From Calditrichales bacterium (GTDB lineage: Bacteria > Calditrichota > Calditrichia > Calditrichales > J004): a stretch of 64,000 nucleotides of DNA. The notes below the pieces were generated by a model. The model made no database searches. It saw only the letters and a list, made by a program, of their open reading frames with translations, and was not told the DNA's origin. This document shows positions 48,585-58,986 of the stretch, one piece after another (position 1 is the first letter of the stretch; the number at the start of each line of letters is the position of its first letter). Location: positions 2,304,001 to 2,368,000 of the forward strand of contig OZ254086.1 of the NCBI GenBank assembly GCA_965267575.1. Direction: 5' to 3'. The position numbers and the translations under genes were made by a program.

Positions 48585-50726
48585 ATGAAAAAAATTAAAT
48601 TTATTCTGGGTATTCATAATCACCAGCCTATCGGGAATTTTGATTTTGTATTTGAAGATGCCTATCAAAAATCCTATTTGCCGTTTCTGGAAGTGCTGGA
48701 AAAGCACCCTAAAATCCGTATCTCCCTTCACTTTACCGGCATACTGCTGGACTGGATAGAACAAAACCATCCCGAGCTGATCGAACTGGTTAAAAAACTG
48801 CGGGATCGCGGCCAGCTGGAAATCATGAGCGGGGGCTATTATGAACCGATCATTTCGGTTATTCCGCAGCAGGATCGTATCGGACAAATCCAAAAACTTA
48901 CTGAGAAAGTCAAAACGCTGTTCAATTACGACGCCAGCGGCATGTGGCTGGCCGAGCGCGTCTGGGAACCCACTTTGCCCTCCACCCTTCACGACGCGGG
49001 CATTAAATACACGGTTGTGGATGATACACATTTCAAGTATGCCGGGCTGCGCGATGAGGATCTGAACGGCTATTTTGTTACGGAAGACCTCGGCAAGCAG
49101 GTTAATATTTTTCCAATAAGCAAATTTTTGCGCTACACGATTCCATTCCAGGAGCCGGAAGAGACGATCAAAGTCCTGCGCAACATGGCCAGCGAGTCTG
49201 GTACCAACATCATGGTTTTTGCCGATGACGGTGAAAAATTCGGCGTATGGCCCGATACCTATAAACACGTTTACGAAAACCGCTGGCTGGACCGCTTCTT
49301 CAGCGCGATCGAAGAAAACATGGACTGGATCGAAATGATCACTTTTGATGAAGCGATCACCCAGGTTAAACCGAAAAGCCCGATCTATTTGCCGACCGCA
49401 TCTTATGCCGAAATGATGCACTGGTCGTTGTTCAAGGAGACGTTCAAGGCTTTTGAGGATTTTGAGCACTACCTGCAGAACAATAATATGTATGAGAGCG
49501 TCGGCCTGTTTGTACGCGGCGGTTTCTGGCGCAATTTTATGAGCAAGTACCCGGAAATCAACGTGATGCATAAGAAGATGCTGCGCGTTAGTGAAAAGCT
49601 GTGGCAAGCCAGCCGGAAAAACCCTTCCATGGATTTAAAGGAAGCCTTCGACGCGCTGTGGGCGGGGCAATGCAATTGTCCTTACTGGCACGGCGTCTTT
49701 GGCGGGCTATACCTGAGCCACTTGCGTCACGCCATTTTCTCCAACCTGATCATGGCCGAAAAAATAGTTGCTGAAAAGGACGAAAACACTCTTCAGGAGT
49801 TTGAGGTAACCGATTTTGACAAAGACGGCAGGCCGGAAGTATTGATTGAAACCGCGGCGCACAATGCCTATTTCAGTCCTTTTCGCGGCGGAAATATGTT
49901 TGAATATGATTTTAAAGCGGTCAACAAGAATCTTCTGGATACCATGACACGTCGCGAAGAAGGCTATCACGAAAAACTCTATCATGCCACGGTTGTGGGC
50001 CAGGAAGCGCCGGCTGAGGGCAGCGCGGCCAGCATTCACGATCTTGTGCTTGCAAAAGAGCCGGGCCTCGAAAAATATCTGATTTATGATAATTACGAAC
50101 GCAAATCCTTTGTCGATCACTTTATCGGGGCCGATGTTAACTTTGAGCGATTTTATCGTAATGACTATGAAGAACTTGGTGACTTTGTAAACGGAACATA
50201 CGGTCTGGCCGAAAACAGATCCGATGCCAATAACGTAATCATTACTTTGCAAAGAGACGGGCATGTGCGCACCGACGATGGTGTAAAGAAAATTACCGTT
50301 CGTAAGGAAATTAGCGTGGCCCGGAGCAGCGAAGACATTGAAGCGCGTTATACGCTGGCGCATGACGGGCCGGGCAGTGTAAAGCTGCGATTTGCGGTGG
50401 AGTTCAACTACGGTTTACAGGCAGGGCATGCCCACGACCGCTTTTATTACAATGCCAACGGACGGCTGGAAGATGCCTTCCTTGATTCACCGGGAGAGCT
50501 GCAAAACGCCGACTATCTCGGTATGAAAGATGAGTATATGAAAATCGATATTCAGCTAAGCGGCAGTGATAATCCCGCGATATGGCGCGTGCCGGTTGAA
50601 ACGATCTCGCTTTCGGAAGCGGGCTTTGAAAGGGTATACCAGAGTTCTGCCATTTTATTGGTCTGGGACCTGGAAATAGAGAAGACCCGTGAAATCACAA
50701 TAAGGCAAAAGGTTCGCACTTTTTAG
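48585..50726 (+). CDS. GH57 alpha-amylase / 4-alpha-glucanotransferase with C-terminal beta domain
   Basis: HNHQP, GMWLAERVW, DDGEKFG, QCNCPYWHG and SEAGFERVYQ. Confidence 0.9.
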   Translation: MKKIKFILGIHNHQPIGNFDFVFEDAYQKSYLPFLEVLEKHPKIRISLHFTGILLDWIEQNHPELIELVKKLRDRGQLEIMSGGYYEPIISVIPQQDRIGQIQKLTEKVKTLFNYDASGMWLAERVWEPTLPSTLHDAGIKYTVVDDTHFKYAGLRDEDLNGYFVTEDLGKQVNIFPISKFLRYTIPFQEPEETIKVLRNMASESGTNIMVFADDGEKFGVWPDTYKHVYENRWLDRFFSAIEENMDWIEMITFDEAITQVKPKSPIYLPTASYAEMMHWSLFKETFKAFEDFEHYLQNNNMYESVGLFVRGGFWRNFMSKYPEINVMHKKMLRVSEKLWQASRKNPSMDLKEAFDALWAGQCNCPYWHGVFGGLYLSHLRHAIFSNLIMAEKIVAEKDENTLQEFEVTDFDKDGRPEVLIETAAHNAYFSPFRGGNMFEYDFKAVNKNLLDTMTRREEGYHEKLYHATVVGQEAPAEGSAASIHDLVLAKEPGLEKYLIYDNYERKSFVDHFIGADVNFERFYRNDYEELGDFVNGTYGLAENRSDANNVIITLQRDGHVRTDDGVKKITVRKEISVARSSEDIEARYTLAHDGPGSVKLRFAVEFNYGLQAGHAHDRFYYNANGRLEDAFLDSPGELQNADYLGMKDEYMKIDIQLSGSDNPAIWRVPVETISLSEAGFERVYQSSAILLVWDLEIEKTREITIRQKVRTF

Positions 50727-50727
50727 A

Positions 50728-52335
50728 ATGTCAAAAAAGCTAAATTTCGTATTACTGATCGTTCTGCTGATAGCTGCTATTTTCTACGGCAGAACCGTGC
50801 TGATGCTGTTAAGCGGGTATTCCTGGGAGGAGATCCAAAGCTTTCACAAGATCGAAAACGTGATGCGCCTCGCCCAGGCTTATTATGTAGACGATGTTGA
50901 TTGGCGGGAAGGCTCGGGCCACGCGATAGAAGGGTTTCTTGGCGGGCTGGATCCCCACTCCGTCTATATCACGCCGGATGAAGCCGTACAAAATGACGAG
51001 CTTTTCGAGGGCAAATATCAGGGCATCGGCATTCAATTTGATATCATTGATAGGTATATCAACGTCATTGCCGTCATACCGGGTTCGCCGGCGCAGGATG
51101 CCGGTCTCCTGGCGGGCGACAGAATCGTTGCGATTGAAGGGGAAAGCGCCGAAGATATCAGCACATCGGAAGTGCAGCAGCGGCTTAAAGGTCCTAAGGG
51201 CAGCAAAGTTATGGTTACAATTGACCGGCCAGGCAGTGCTGAGCCATTTGAGGTAGAGCTCGTTCGTGACGAGGTGCCCAATTATACGGTTAACACCTTT
51301 TTTATGGCCGATGACAGTACCGGCTATGTCTGGCTTAATCGTTTTGCCAGTACCACAAGCGATGAGCTGGAAAACGCCATGATCAAGCTGGAAAGACAGG
51401 GTATGAAACAGCTTTTGCTTGATCTCAGAAATAATGGTGGTGGCTTTTTGCAGCAGGCTGTTAAAGTTACCGGCAAATTTGTCAACGGAAGAAAAAAGGT
51501 GGTTTACACCAAAGGCCGTGTAGAGCAGGTGGAAGAGGAGTATTACAGTGATGATTTCGGCAAGTCCATAGACCGCTCGTTTCCGCTGGTTATTCTGATC
51601 AACGGGGCATCGGCCAGCGCCTCGGAAATCGTAGCGGGCGCCTTGCAGGATTATGACCGCGCGCTTATTGTTGGAGAGCGCAGCTTTGGAAAAGGCCTGG
51701 TCCAGAATGAGTTCGTCCTGGATGACGATTCCAGGGTCCGGCTTACCGTTTCCCGCTATTACACACCCAGTGGCCGCCTGATACAGAAGCCCTATAAAAA
51801 CCGCAGTGTTGAAGATTATTACAATGGTTCTGCAGACTCATTGATGGCCGACAGCATAAAGACGAACGGTATCTATTACACATTGGCCGGACGTCCGGTT
51901 TACGGCGGAGGCGGTATTGAACCGGATTCGGTTGTCGAATTTTCTTCCGGCTCGCTATTGCCAACTCTGACGCAAAGACTTTTCGAAAAGCGTGTTTTTT
52001 TTGAAAGCGCCAACAGCTTTGTGCTGAATCACCCGCGGTATAAAGAGCGCAAAGCATGGTTTATTAACCAATATCGCATCAGTGAAGAAGACCTCGATCT
52101 TATTATAGATATTGCCTCGCAGAAAGAAATCGAAATAAACCGGTCACAGGTTGAAAAAGACAGCTCGTTCATTGCCAATCGCCTGAAAGCCGAGATTGCC
52201 CGAAATTACTGGTCACAGAACGAGTTTTGGCAGGTATTGCTGGCGCACGACAATCAATTTAATAGAGCCTTGCAATTATTTCCGGTGGCACGGCGTTTAG
52301 AGCAAGTGGCGGCGCCTGCCCAAACCGAAAATTAG
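50728..52335 (+). CDS. S41A C-terminal processing protease (PDZ)
   Basis: LDPHS, GIGI (PDZ), DLRNNGGG, SASASEI and GERSFGKG. Confidence 0.92.
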   Translation: MSKKLNFVLLIVLLIAAIFYGRTVLMLLSGYSWEEIQSFHKIENVMRLAQAYYVDDVDWREGSGHAIEGFLGGLDPHSVYITPDEAVQNDELFEGKYQGIGIQFDIIDRYINVIAVIPGSPAQDAGLLAGDRIVAIEGESAEDISTSEVQQRLKGPKGSKVMVTIDRPGSAEPFEVELVRDEVPNYTVNTFFMADDSTGYVWLNRFASTTSDELENAMIKLERQGMKQLLLDLRNNGGGFLQQAVKVTGKFVNGRKKVVYTKGRVEQVEEEYYSDDFGKSIDRSFPLVILINGASASASEIVAGALQDYDRALIVGERSFGKGLVQNEFVLDDDSRVRLTVSRYYTPSGRLIQKPYKNRSVEDYYNGSADSLMADSIKTNGIYYTLAGRPVYGGGGIEPDSVVEFSSGSLLPTLTQRLFEKRVFFESANSFVLNHPRYKERKAWFINQYRISEEDLDLIIDIASQKEIEINRSQVEKDSSFIANRLKAEIARNYWSQNEFWQVLLAHDNQFNRALQLFPVARRLEQVAAPAQTEN

Positions 52336-52336
52336 A

Positions 52337-52365
52337 TTGACTTTAAAAATCGAAAATCTTATACT
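52337..52365 (+). promoter_or_regulatory. Sigma70 promoter of the exbBDD-tonB operon
   Basis: TTGACT-17 bp-TATACT. Confidence 0.7.
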
Positions 52366-52435
52366 AAATTCTAGTTTTTTAAGTAAATAACTCACCTTTG
52401 TCAACAAATTTTACACTAACCCTAAGGAGTTTGCG

Positions 52436-53068
52436 ATGTTGGGAGGATTGGTTGAACTTTTTAACGATGGCGGCGAATTCATGTGGCCTATTTTGGGCCT
52501 TCTTGTTGTAGGTCTGGCTTTTTCTATCGAAAGATTTTACACACTAACGCGGGCATCCGTAAATACTCGTAAGTTCCTTGCACGTCTACACACGGCGCTG
52601 CAGGAAGGTGGTATCGAAGCTGCCGCAGCGGAATGTGAAAAGACCCCCGGACCTGTTGCCTCCATCTTGCACGCCGGCTTAAGCCGCGCCGAAAAAGGCC
52701 TGGAAAGTGTCGAAAAATCGATCACAAATGCAGGCTCAATTGAAATGGCATTTCTGGAGCGGGGCATGGTGGTCTTGTCCACGGTAATTGTTCTTGCGCC
52801 GATGCTTGGATTTACCGGAACGGTAAAAGGTATGGTCGACGCCTTTGATGCTATCAAAAAAGCCAATGACATTTCACCTGCCGTTGTTGCCGGTGGTATT
52901 TCACAGGCCCTGTTGACTACCCTGTTTGGTCTGGTTGTGGCTATGATCATCCAGGTATTCTATAACTTCTTTACCTCCCGTATTGATAAGCTCATTATCG
53001 ATATGGAAGAAAGTTCCGTTGAATTGATGGATGCTTTGGTAGAGATCGAAAATAAAAACAAACAGTAA
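52436..53068 (+). CDS. exbB: MotA/TolQ/ExbB proton channel protein
   Basis: APMLGFTGTVKGM and GISQALLTT. Confidence 0.9.
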   Translation: MLGGLVELFNDGGEFMWPILGLLVVGLAFSIERFYTLTRASVNTRKFLARLHTALQEGGIEAAAAECEKTPGPVASILHAGLSRAEKGLESVEKSITNAGSIEMAFLERGMVVLSTVIVLAPMLGFTGTVKGMVDAFDAIKKANDISPAVVAGGISQALLTTLFGLVVAMIIQVFYNFFTSRIDKLIIDMEESSVELMDALVEIENKNKQ

Positions 53069-53080
53069 GTGGACTAAGCG

Positions 53081-53488
53081 ATGTTATTAGGCAAAAAGAA
53101 AGAAAAAAATGTTGAGATTCCCTCAGCATCTTTGGCCGATATCGTATTCCTGTTGCTTATCTTCTTCCTGGTAACAACATCGATCGATACGGAAAAAGGT
53201 CTTGATTTGGTGTTGCCTCCGCCGGGTGATACAGAAATCAAGATTCCCAAGAAGAACATTGCAAACCTTTTTGTGAATGCTGAAGGACTCGCGCTTCTCG
53301 AAAATGAGATTATCGAAGTAAATCAAATCTCGCAAATCATCAAAGAGAAGCTGATGGAAAATCCTTTGCTGATCGTGTCCTTAAAGACACACAAGGATAC
53401 GGATTACGAGGTTTATGTAAAAGTCCTTGATCAGCTCAAAAAGGCCGAAGCAAAGCGTATTTCAATCGCTGATCCTGATCAGGAGTAA
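53081..53488 (+). CDS. exbD: ExbD/TolR family protein
   Basis: SLADIVFLLLIFFLV with conserved TM Asp. Confidence 0.9.
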   Translation: MLLGKKKEKNVEIPSASLADIVFLLLIFFLVTTSIDTEKGLDLVLPPPGDTEIKIPKKNIANLFVNAEGLALLENEIIEVNQISQIIKEKLMENPLLIVSLKTHKDTDYEVYVKVLDQLKKAEAKRISIADPDQE

Positions 53489-53506
53489 TTCAAGAAAGAG
53501 GATTGG

Positions 53507-53923
53507 ATGGAATTTAAGAAGAAAAGTAAAATAAATATCGCGATCCCTACCGCTTCCATGCCTGACATCATCTTTATGCTGCTGATCTTTTTCATGGTTG
53601 CGACGGTGATTCGACAGTATTCAGGATTGCAGGTGAAGTTACCTGAAGCACAAAAAGTTGAAAAGCTTGAAGTTTCAAAGCGGCACGTAGCTACAATCTG
53701 GGTAGATCGTGATAACAATGTCGTCATGAACGATATCACTGTGAAGGATGTCAAGAATCTACGGAACCTGGCTTACCAGCGCATGGTTGAAAACCCGCAG
53801 ACGGTCATTTCATTGAAGGCGGACAGGCAGGCTAAAATGAATATGATCAACGATGTTCATCAGGAATTGCGTAAAGCCAGCGCCCTGAGAATAAACTATT
53901 CAGCTATACCGGGAGTATTCTAA
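53507..53923 (+). CDS. exbD: ExbD/TolR family protein (second paralog)
   Basis: SMPDIIFMLLIFFMV and LKAD. Confidence 0.9.
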   Translation: MEFKKKSKINIAIPTASMPDIIFMLLIFFMVATVIRQYSGLQVKLPEAQKVEKLEVSKRHVATIWVDRDNNVVMNDITVKDVKNLRNLAYQRMVENPQTVISLKADRQAKMNMINDVHQELRKASALRINYSAIPGVF

Positions 53924-54549
53924 TGAAAGCATTAAAGAAAAATCCCGAAGCGGATCTAAGCCTGAGGTATAAAAAGGTATTGGAAGTATCAATGGCTATT
54001 GCACTGTTATTGTTAACGGTGCTGTTTTTCTCATTCCAGAAATATGACAGTGGAATTGTCCTTCCCGAGCAGCCCAACCTCGTTATAGAGACTGTGGAGA
54101 TTCCGCCTACGCAGCAGCTTCAGAAACCACCGCCTCCTTCTCGTCCATCCATACCTGTGGAAACGGAGGATGAAGATATCCTGGATGACGTGACGATTGA
54201 AGAAACGGAAATTGAGCTGGGTGAAGTGTCCGATGCTCCGCCCCCTCCGCCGGTTGAAGATGAGGTTTTCGAATTTTTTGCTGTTTCCGAAAAACCGGAA
54301 ATTATCCACAAGGAAACACCCCAATATCCGGATCTGGCCCGCAGAGCAGGGATCGAAGGAAAAGTTATCGTGCTGGTAACGATTTCTGAAAAGGGTAATG
54401 TGCTTGATGCCAAGATAATGAAGTCTGTTCCTATGCTGGATGAAGCCGCTTTGAATGCCGCCAAAAAATGTACATTTAAGCCGGCCAAGCAGCGTGACCG
54501 CTTTGTAAAAGTTAAAATGGCCATTCCTTTCGACTTTAAGTTGAATTAA
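53923..54549 (+). CDS. tonB: Energy transducer TonB
   Basis: N-terminal TM, Pro-rich linker, C-terminal PQYPDLARRAGIEGKV...FKPA...FDFKL. Confidence 0.9.
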   Translation: MKALKKNPEADLSLRYKKVLEVSMAIALLLLTVLFFSFQKYDSGIVLPEQPNLVIETVEIPPTQQLQKPPPPSRPSIPVETEDEDILDDVTIEETEIELGEVSDAPPPPPVEDEVFEFFAVSEKPEIIHKETPQYPDLARRAGIEGKVIVLVTISEKGNVLDAKIMKSVPMLDEAALNAAKKCTFKPAKQRDRFVKVKMAIPFDFKLN

Positions 54550-54555
54550 TTCTGC

Positions 54556-54586
54556 AAAAAGGCGATCATCGCGATCGCCTTTTTTT
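54556..54586 (+). terminator. Intrinsic terminator after tonB
   Basis: AAAAAGGCGATC-ATCGC-GATCGCCTTTTTTT. Confidence 0.85.
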
Positions 54587-54651
54587 ATTTCTAACCTTGA
54601 ATCAAAACCAGCCGTAGTCTTAAATTCCAAATTTACTCAGGACTTTTCTGC

Positions 54652-55521
54652 ATGGAGCTTTTGTTCATCGTTAATCCGGTTTCAGGCAACCGCATTGGAA
54701 AGAAGTTTTTTGAGGAACAGGTAAAACTACAATGTGGCCCGGATACGCGCATAGTGTATACTCGTGAACCCGGTCATGCCCGTACACTGGCCGCCGATGC
54801 GATTGCAGATAGCTTGATCGATACCGTCGTGGCCGTAGGTGGCGATGGCACAATCAACGAAGTTGCCACGAGCCTTGTAAATACGGAACTGACCCTTGGG
54901 ATTGTACCCGTCGGTTCCGGTAACGGGTTGGCACGCTCGCTGAAAATTCCGGTAAATCTGCGCCGTGCCATCGAAATAATCCGTCAAAAAAACACTATTT
55001 CCATAGATGTCGGCCGGATAAACGGAAACTATTTTTTTGGTGTAGCCGGCATTGGTCTGGACGCGCTTATTAGTTCCCGCTTTCATAAACTGCAGCGTCG
55101 TGGCGCGTTGCCCTATTTTTACCACGGGCTGATGGCCTATTTCAAGTATGATTTCCCCAGTTTTATCCTGGCTGATAAAGATAAAGAGCATATTAATGAA
55201 CCCATGCTTATAACCATTGCCAATTCCACGCAATATGGTAATGGTGCCAAGATCGCTCCGATGGCCGATTTGCAGGATGGCATGCTGGACGTCTGCATCA
55301 TCAGGCGTATGGGCTTTTTACAATCCGTAGCACAGATTCCCAAGCTATTCAGGGGTACCATCGAGAGCAGCAATGTTTACAAAACGTATCGCCGATCGTC
55401 TTTTACTGTCCGGTCGGCCGAGAGCCGGGATATATTTTTTCACCTCGATGGAGAGCCCTATAAAGCCCCCTCTCCTTTAAAGATAGATCTGCTGCAAAAA
55501 GCGCTTAAAGTTTTGGTATAG
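54652..55521 (+). CDS. Diacylglycerol kinase family lipid kinase (YegS/BmrU-like)
   Basis: IVNPVSG, GGDGTINE, GSGNGLA, QYGNG and DGE. Confidence 0.9.
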   Translation: MELLFIVNPVSGNRIGKKFFEEQVKLQCGPDTRIVYTREPGHARTLAADAIADSLIDTVVAVGGDGTINEVATSLVNTELTLGIVPVGSGNGLARSLKIPVNLRRAIEIIRQKNTISIDVGRINGNYFFGVAGIGLDALISSRFHKLQRRGALPYFYHGLMAYFKYDFPSFILADKDKEHINEPMLITIANSTQYGNGAKIAPMADLQDGMLDVCIIRRMGFLQSVAQIPKLFRGTIESSNVYKTYRRSSFTVRSAESRDIFFHLDGEPYKAPSPLKIDLLQKALKVLV

Positions 55522-55565
55522 TACTTGGCGCATTTTATATTTGAAGGCTTGTAGTGGGATGGAAA

Positions 55566-56732
55566 ATGAAAGATCTGGAACAAATAGCTCAGGAAATAAA
55601 CGATAAAGAGTCGGGGCTGCTGGCTGCTAATGCTACCGCCAACGCTTCCGCGCGTCGCAGCAAAGCCGAGCATGAAAAGCGCTTCCGGCCACCATTTGCC
55701 ATAGACCGTGACAGGATTATGTATTCCGGAGCGTTCCGGCGCTATACCGGAAAAACGCAGGTGATCTATTTTGCTTCCATGCTCGATGAGCAACTCACCA
55801 GTCGCAGTCTGCACACAATCAGTGTGGCCCAGATAGCCAAAACCATCGGCCGGATGCTTTCACTCAATATTGATTTGATTGACGCCATCGCGCTGGGGCA
55901 TGACCTCGGGCATCCGCCGTTCGGACATGACGGGGAAGTTTTTCTAAGCGAAGTCAGCCGGAAAAACGGCATTGGACATTTTCATCATAATATCCAAAGT
56001 TTGCGCACGGTTGACGTAATCGCCAAGAAAGGGCGCGGCCTCAACCTCACGTTTCAGACACGGGACGGGATCGTTTCCCACAATGGTGAAGTGAACGATG
56101 CGGGGCTGGAGCCGTTTCCGCAAAAAGAAGAAAGGCATATCCGTGAATATATTGTGGCAATGGAAAAAGGCGAATCTGCAGATACCATTCCGCAAACCAT
56201 GGAAGGCTGCGTTGTCCGCCTTACCGATACGATTGCCTATATTGGCCAGGATATTGAAGACGCCATACGCATCGGGTTGATTACCCGGGAGCAATTACCT
56301 GATGAGGCGACTTCCGTTTTGGGCCGCTATAACGGCGAAATTATAGAGTCGCTTGTTAATGATGTTGTGAAATGCAGCTACGGTAAAAAATATATTGCTT
56401 TCAGCGAGAAGATGTCGAATGCCCTGTTTAAGCTGAAGGAGTTCAATTACAAGCATATATATAAAAGCAGCCGCCTTAAGGAGAGTCACGAAAAGATTCA
56501 GCACGGATTTTATATCCTTTTTGACCATTACCTTGCTGAACTAAAAGAGAATAAACGCAGCAGTGAGATTTTCTTGCATTTTCTGGATTCCAAAATTGAG
56601 CAATACCGTGAAAACAATCCGCCGGAACTTATTACGCGCGACTTTATCGCCGGCATGACGGATCGTTATTTCACGCGCATGCTGAAAAAACTGATCGTAC
56701 CCGAAATTGTACACTTTGATGTTAAATCTTAA
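55566..56732 (+). CDS. dgt: HD-domain dNTP triphosphohydrolase (dGTPase-like)
   Basis: DRDRI, KTQV, RSLH, GHDLGHPPFGHDGE, DIED and DFIAGMTD. Confidence 0.88.
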   Translation: MKDLEQIAQEINDKESGLLAANATANASARRSKAEHEKRFRPPFAIDRDRIMYSGAFRRYTGKTQVIYFASMLDEQLTSRSLHTISVAQIAKTIGRMLSLNIDLIDAIALGHDLGHPPFGHDGEVFLSEVSRKNGIGHFHHNIQSLRTVDVIAKKGRGLNLTFQTRDGIVSHNGEVNDAGLEPFPQKEERHIREYIVAMEKGESADTIPQTMEGCVVRLTDTIAYIGQDIEDAIRIGLITREQLPDEATSVLGRYNGEIIESLVNDVVKCSYGKKYIAFSEKMSNALFKLKEFNYKHIYKSSRLKESHEKIQHGFYILFDHYLAELKENKRSSEIFLHFLDSKIEQYRENNPPELITRDFIAGMTDRYFTRMLKKLIVPEIVHFDVKS

Positions 56733-56749
56733 GGCGGACAGAAGGACCT

Positions 56750-57988
56750 ATGCATTCAGACTTTGTTAAAGTAGCGCGGCATATTGAGAATCAGCGTTCT
56801 GAAGCCATACAGCTTATGAAAAACCTGATCTCGATCAAGGCGCTGGGCCCGCAAAACAGCGGCACCGGAGAAATGGAAAAAGCGGAATTCCTGCAATCCT
56901 ATTTAAAAACGATCGGCTTTAATGATATTGAGGGCTATCCTGCCGCCGATCCCAAAGTGCCCGGCGGTATGCGGCCCAACCTGATTGCGCGTATCCCCGG
57001 TAAAAACAAGGACAAAACAATCTGGATTATGAGCCATCTCGATGTTGTGCCTGCCGGTGACCTGAGTAAATGGAAAACGGATCCGTTTGAAGCGGTGGTT
57101 AAAGAAGGGCGGATTTACGGCAGGGGAACGGAGGACAATTCCCAGGGCATGGTCAGCTCGGTTATTATGGCCAAGGCATTTTTGGATCTGGGCATCATGC
57201 CGGAATGCAACATTGCCCTTTTGCTGGTTTCTGATGAAGAGACAGGGAGTGATTTCGGCCTGGAATATATGCTGGGCAACCACGCGGAACTGTTTAGCGA
57301 AGATGATATTTACATCGTGCCTGACGCCGGAACCGCGGACGGTTCGATGATTGAGGTGGCAGAAAAATCGCTACTGTGGATGAAGTTTACCACCAAGGGC
57401 ACACAGGTGCATGCCAGTTTGCCCGGCAAGGGTGTGAATGCTTTTAAGGCGGCGTCTCATCTTGTGGTGGCACTGGAGGAGCTCTACAATATTTACAATG
57501 GGCGCAACGAAGTGTTTGACCCGCCCATAAGTACATTCGAACCGACAAAAAAAGATGCCAACGTCCCCAACGTGAACACGATACCCGGCGATGACGTTTT
57601 TTATATGGATTGTCGTATTTTGCCGCGCTATAAGACCAGTAATGTATTAAAGGATACACGCAGAATTTGCGATAATATTGAGAAGAAATTTTCCGTGAAG
57701 ATCGATATTAAAGCAGAAATGGAAGAGCAGGCGGCGCCGGCCACATCGGTGGATGCGATTGTTGTTAAGGCGCTGAAGAATGCCATTGCCGATGTTTACA
57801 AGATTGAAGCGCATGCCAAGGGCATCGGCGGCGGTACCGTGGCAGCCATTTTCCGGCGGGCCGGCCTTGACGTTGCCGTTTGGTCCACTATAGATGATAC
57901 GGCGCATCAGCCAAACGAGTATTGCGTGATTTCCAATTTGCTAAATGACGCCAAGGTTTTTGGCAACGTTTGTTTGCAGAAGCTTTAA
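56750..57988 (+). CDS. M20 family metallohydrolase (DapE/ArgE-like)
   Basis: SHLDVVP, YGRGTEDN, DEETGS and AHQPNE. Confidence 0.88.
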   Translation: MHSDFVKVARHIENQRSEAIQLMKNLISIKALGPQNSGTGEMEKAEFLQSYLKTIGFNDIEGYPAADPKVPGGMRPNLIARIPGKNKDKTIWIMSHLDVVPAGDLSKWKTDPFEAVVKEGRIYGRGTEDNSQGMVSSVIMAKAFLDLGIMPECNIALLLVSDEETGSDFGLEYMLGNHAELFSEDDIYIVPDAGTADGSMIEVAEKSLLWMKFTTKGTQVHASLPGKGVNAFKAASHLVVALEELYNIYNGRNEVFDPPISTFEPTKKDANVPNVNTIPGDDVFYMDCRILPRYKTSNVLKDTRRICDNIEKKFSVKIDIKAEMEEQAAPATSVDAIVVKALKNAIADVYKIEAHAKGIGGGTVAAIFRRAGLDVAVWSTIDDTAHQPNEYCVISNLLNDAKVFGNVCLQKL

Positions 57989-57994
57989 AACAAA

Positions 57995-58066
<72 letters not shown>

Positions 58067-58164
58067 CAACGCTTCGTGACCATAATCACTGTGACCATAG
58101 CCCCTGCTCCCCTATATACTCTTTTTGACAACCGATAAAACTGTCGGTTACCGTGGAGGATGAC

Positions 58165-58983
58165 ATGACACGTTTTTTTGCAATCACTTTGCTTTTTTCT
58201 CTCTTTTTATTTGCAGCTGTCAACGCCCAGCTTTCCGAGTATGTTGATGAAGCCGGTGTAGTCCAGTGGGATCAGCAGGTTGTGCTGGCTACCGGTATCG
58301 GCCAAAGCGAAAGCGGCGTTTTAAAGGCGCCGGACCGAGTTAAAGCTTTGAACGAGGCAAAATCCGATGCGCAGCGCCAATTGCTGCGTACCCTTAGCGG
58401 ACTGCCGGTGGATGCTATGAGTCGTGTGGGCGATTATATGGAAGACAGTAACGTTCGCGAACGCATCAACAAGCTTGTACGTGATTTTGAGATCAAGGAT
58501 ATCCGTTTTCTTGACGGTGGTATTGTCGAAATGGATGCTTCGTTAAATTTTTCCGGTGATTTGCTTAGCGTATTAATCTCAGGATCAGGACAAAACGACG
58601 ACCCTAAACCTGCCATCCGAACGGTGGCTGAAAACGGCGGCAGCCTTTATACCGGCCTTGTTGTGGATGCCCGCGGTACCGGTTTGAAACCGGCGCTTTT
58701 ACCGCGCGTGGCAGATGAGTCGGGCAATATTCTCTATGCTGCTAATCGTGTCGATCCGCTTTATGCCAGACAAATAGGTCTTGTCGCTTATGTGTCCTCT
58801 CCCCGCCAGGCGCAGCAGGAAAAGCGGTTAAGAGAAAACCCCCTCGTTGTTAAGGGGCTGCGTGCCGAAGGGCTGAACAAAAGCGACATACAAATTTCCA
58901 TGGATGACGCCAAAAAGCTGGAAAGGGCCCTCTCCCGCAACAACTTCTTTGAAAACTGCAGCGTTGTCCTGATCGTCGATTAG
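58165..58983 (+). CDS. Secreted LPP20-like/uncharacterised envelope protein
   Basis: Signal peptide (AVNA|Q); ATGIG, AKSDAQRQL and YTGLVVDARG..LKPALLPRV motifs. Confidence 0.6.
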   Translation: MTRFFAITLLFSLFLFAAVNAQLSEYVDEAGVVQWDQQVVLATGIGQSESGVLKAPDRVKALNEAKSDAQRQLLRTLSGLPVDAMSRVGDYMEDSNVRERINKLVRDFEIKDIRFLDGGIVEMDASLNFSGDLLSVLISGSGQNDDPKPAIRTVAENGGSLYTGLVVDARGTGLKPALLPRVADESGNILYAANRVDPLYARQIGLVAYVSSPRQAQQEKRLRENPLVVKGLRAEGLNKSDIQISMDDAKKLERALSRNNFFENCSVVLIVD

Positions 58984-58986
58984 TTT

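Noticed and set aside
48570..49607. 345-aa antisense ORF over GH57, and similar ORFs over the amylase, priA, lptF and GT2 genes
   Set aside because: Codon-bias shadow ORFs with no independent evidence.
55566..56732. dGTPase as an anti-phage nucleotide-depletion system
   Set aside because: Short housekeeping-type enzyme in a core-gene context with no defence-island neighbours.
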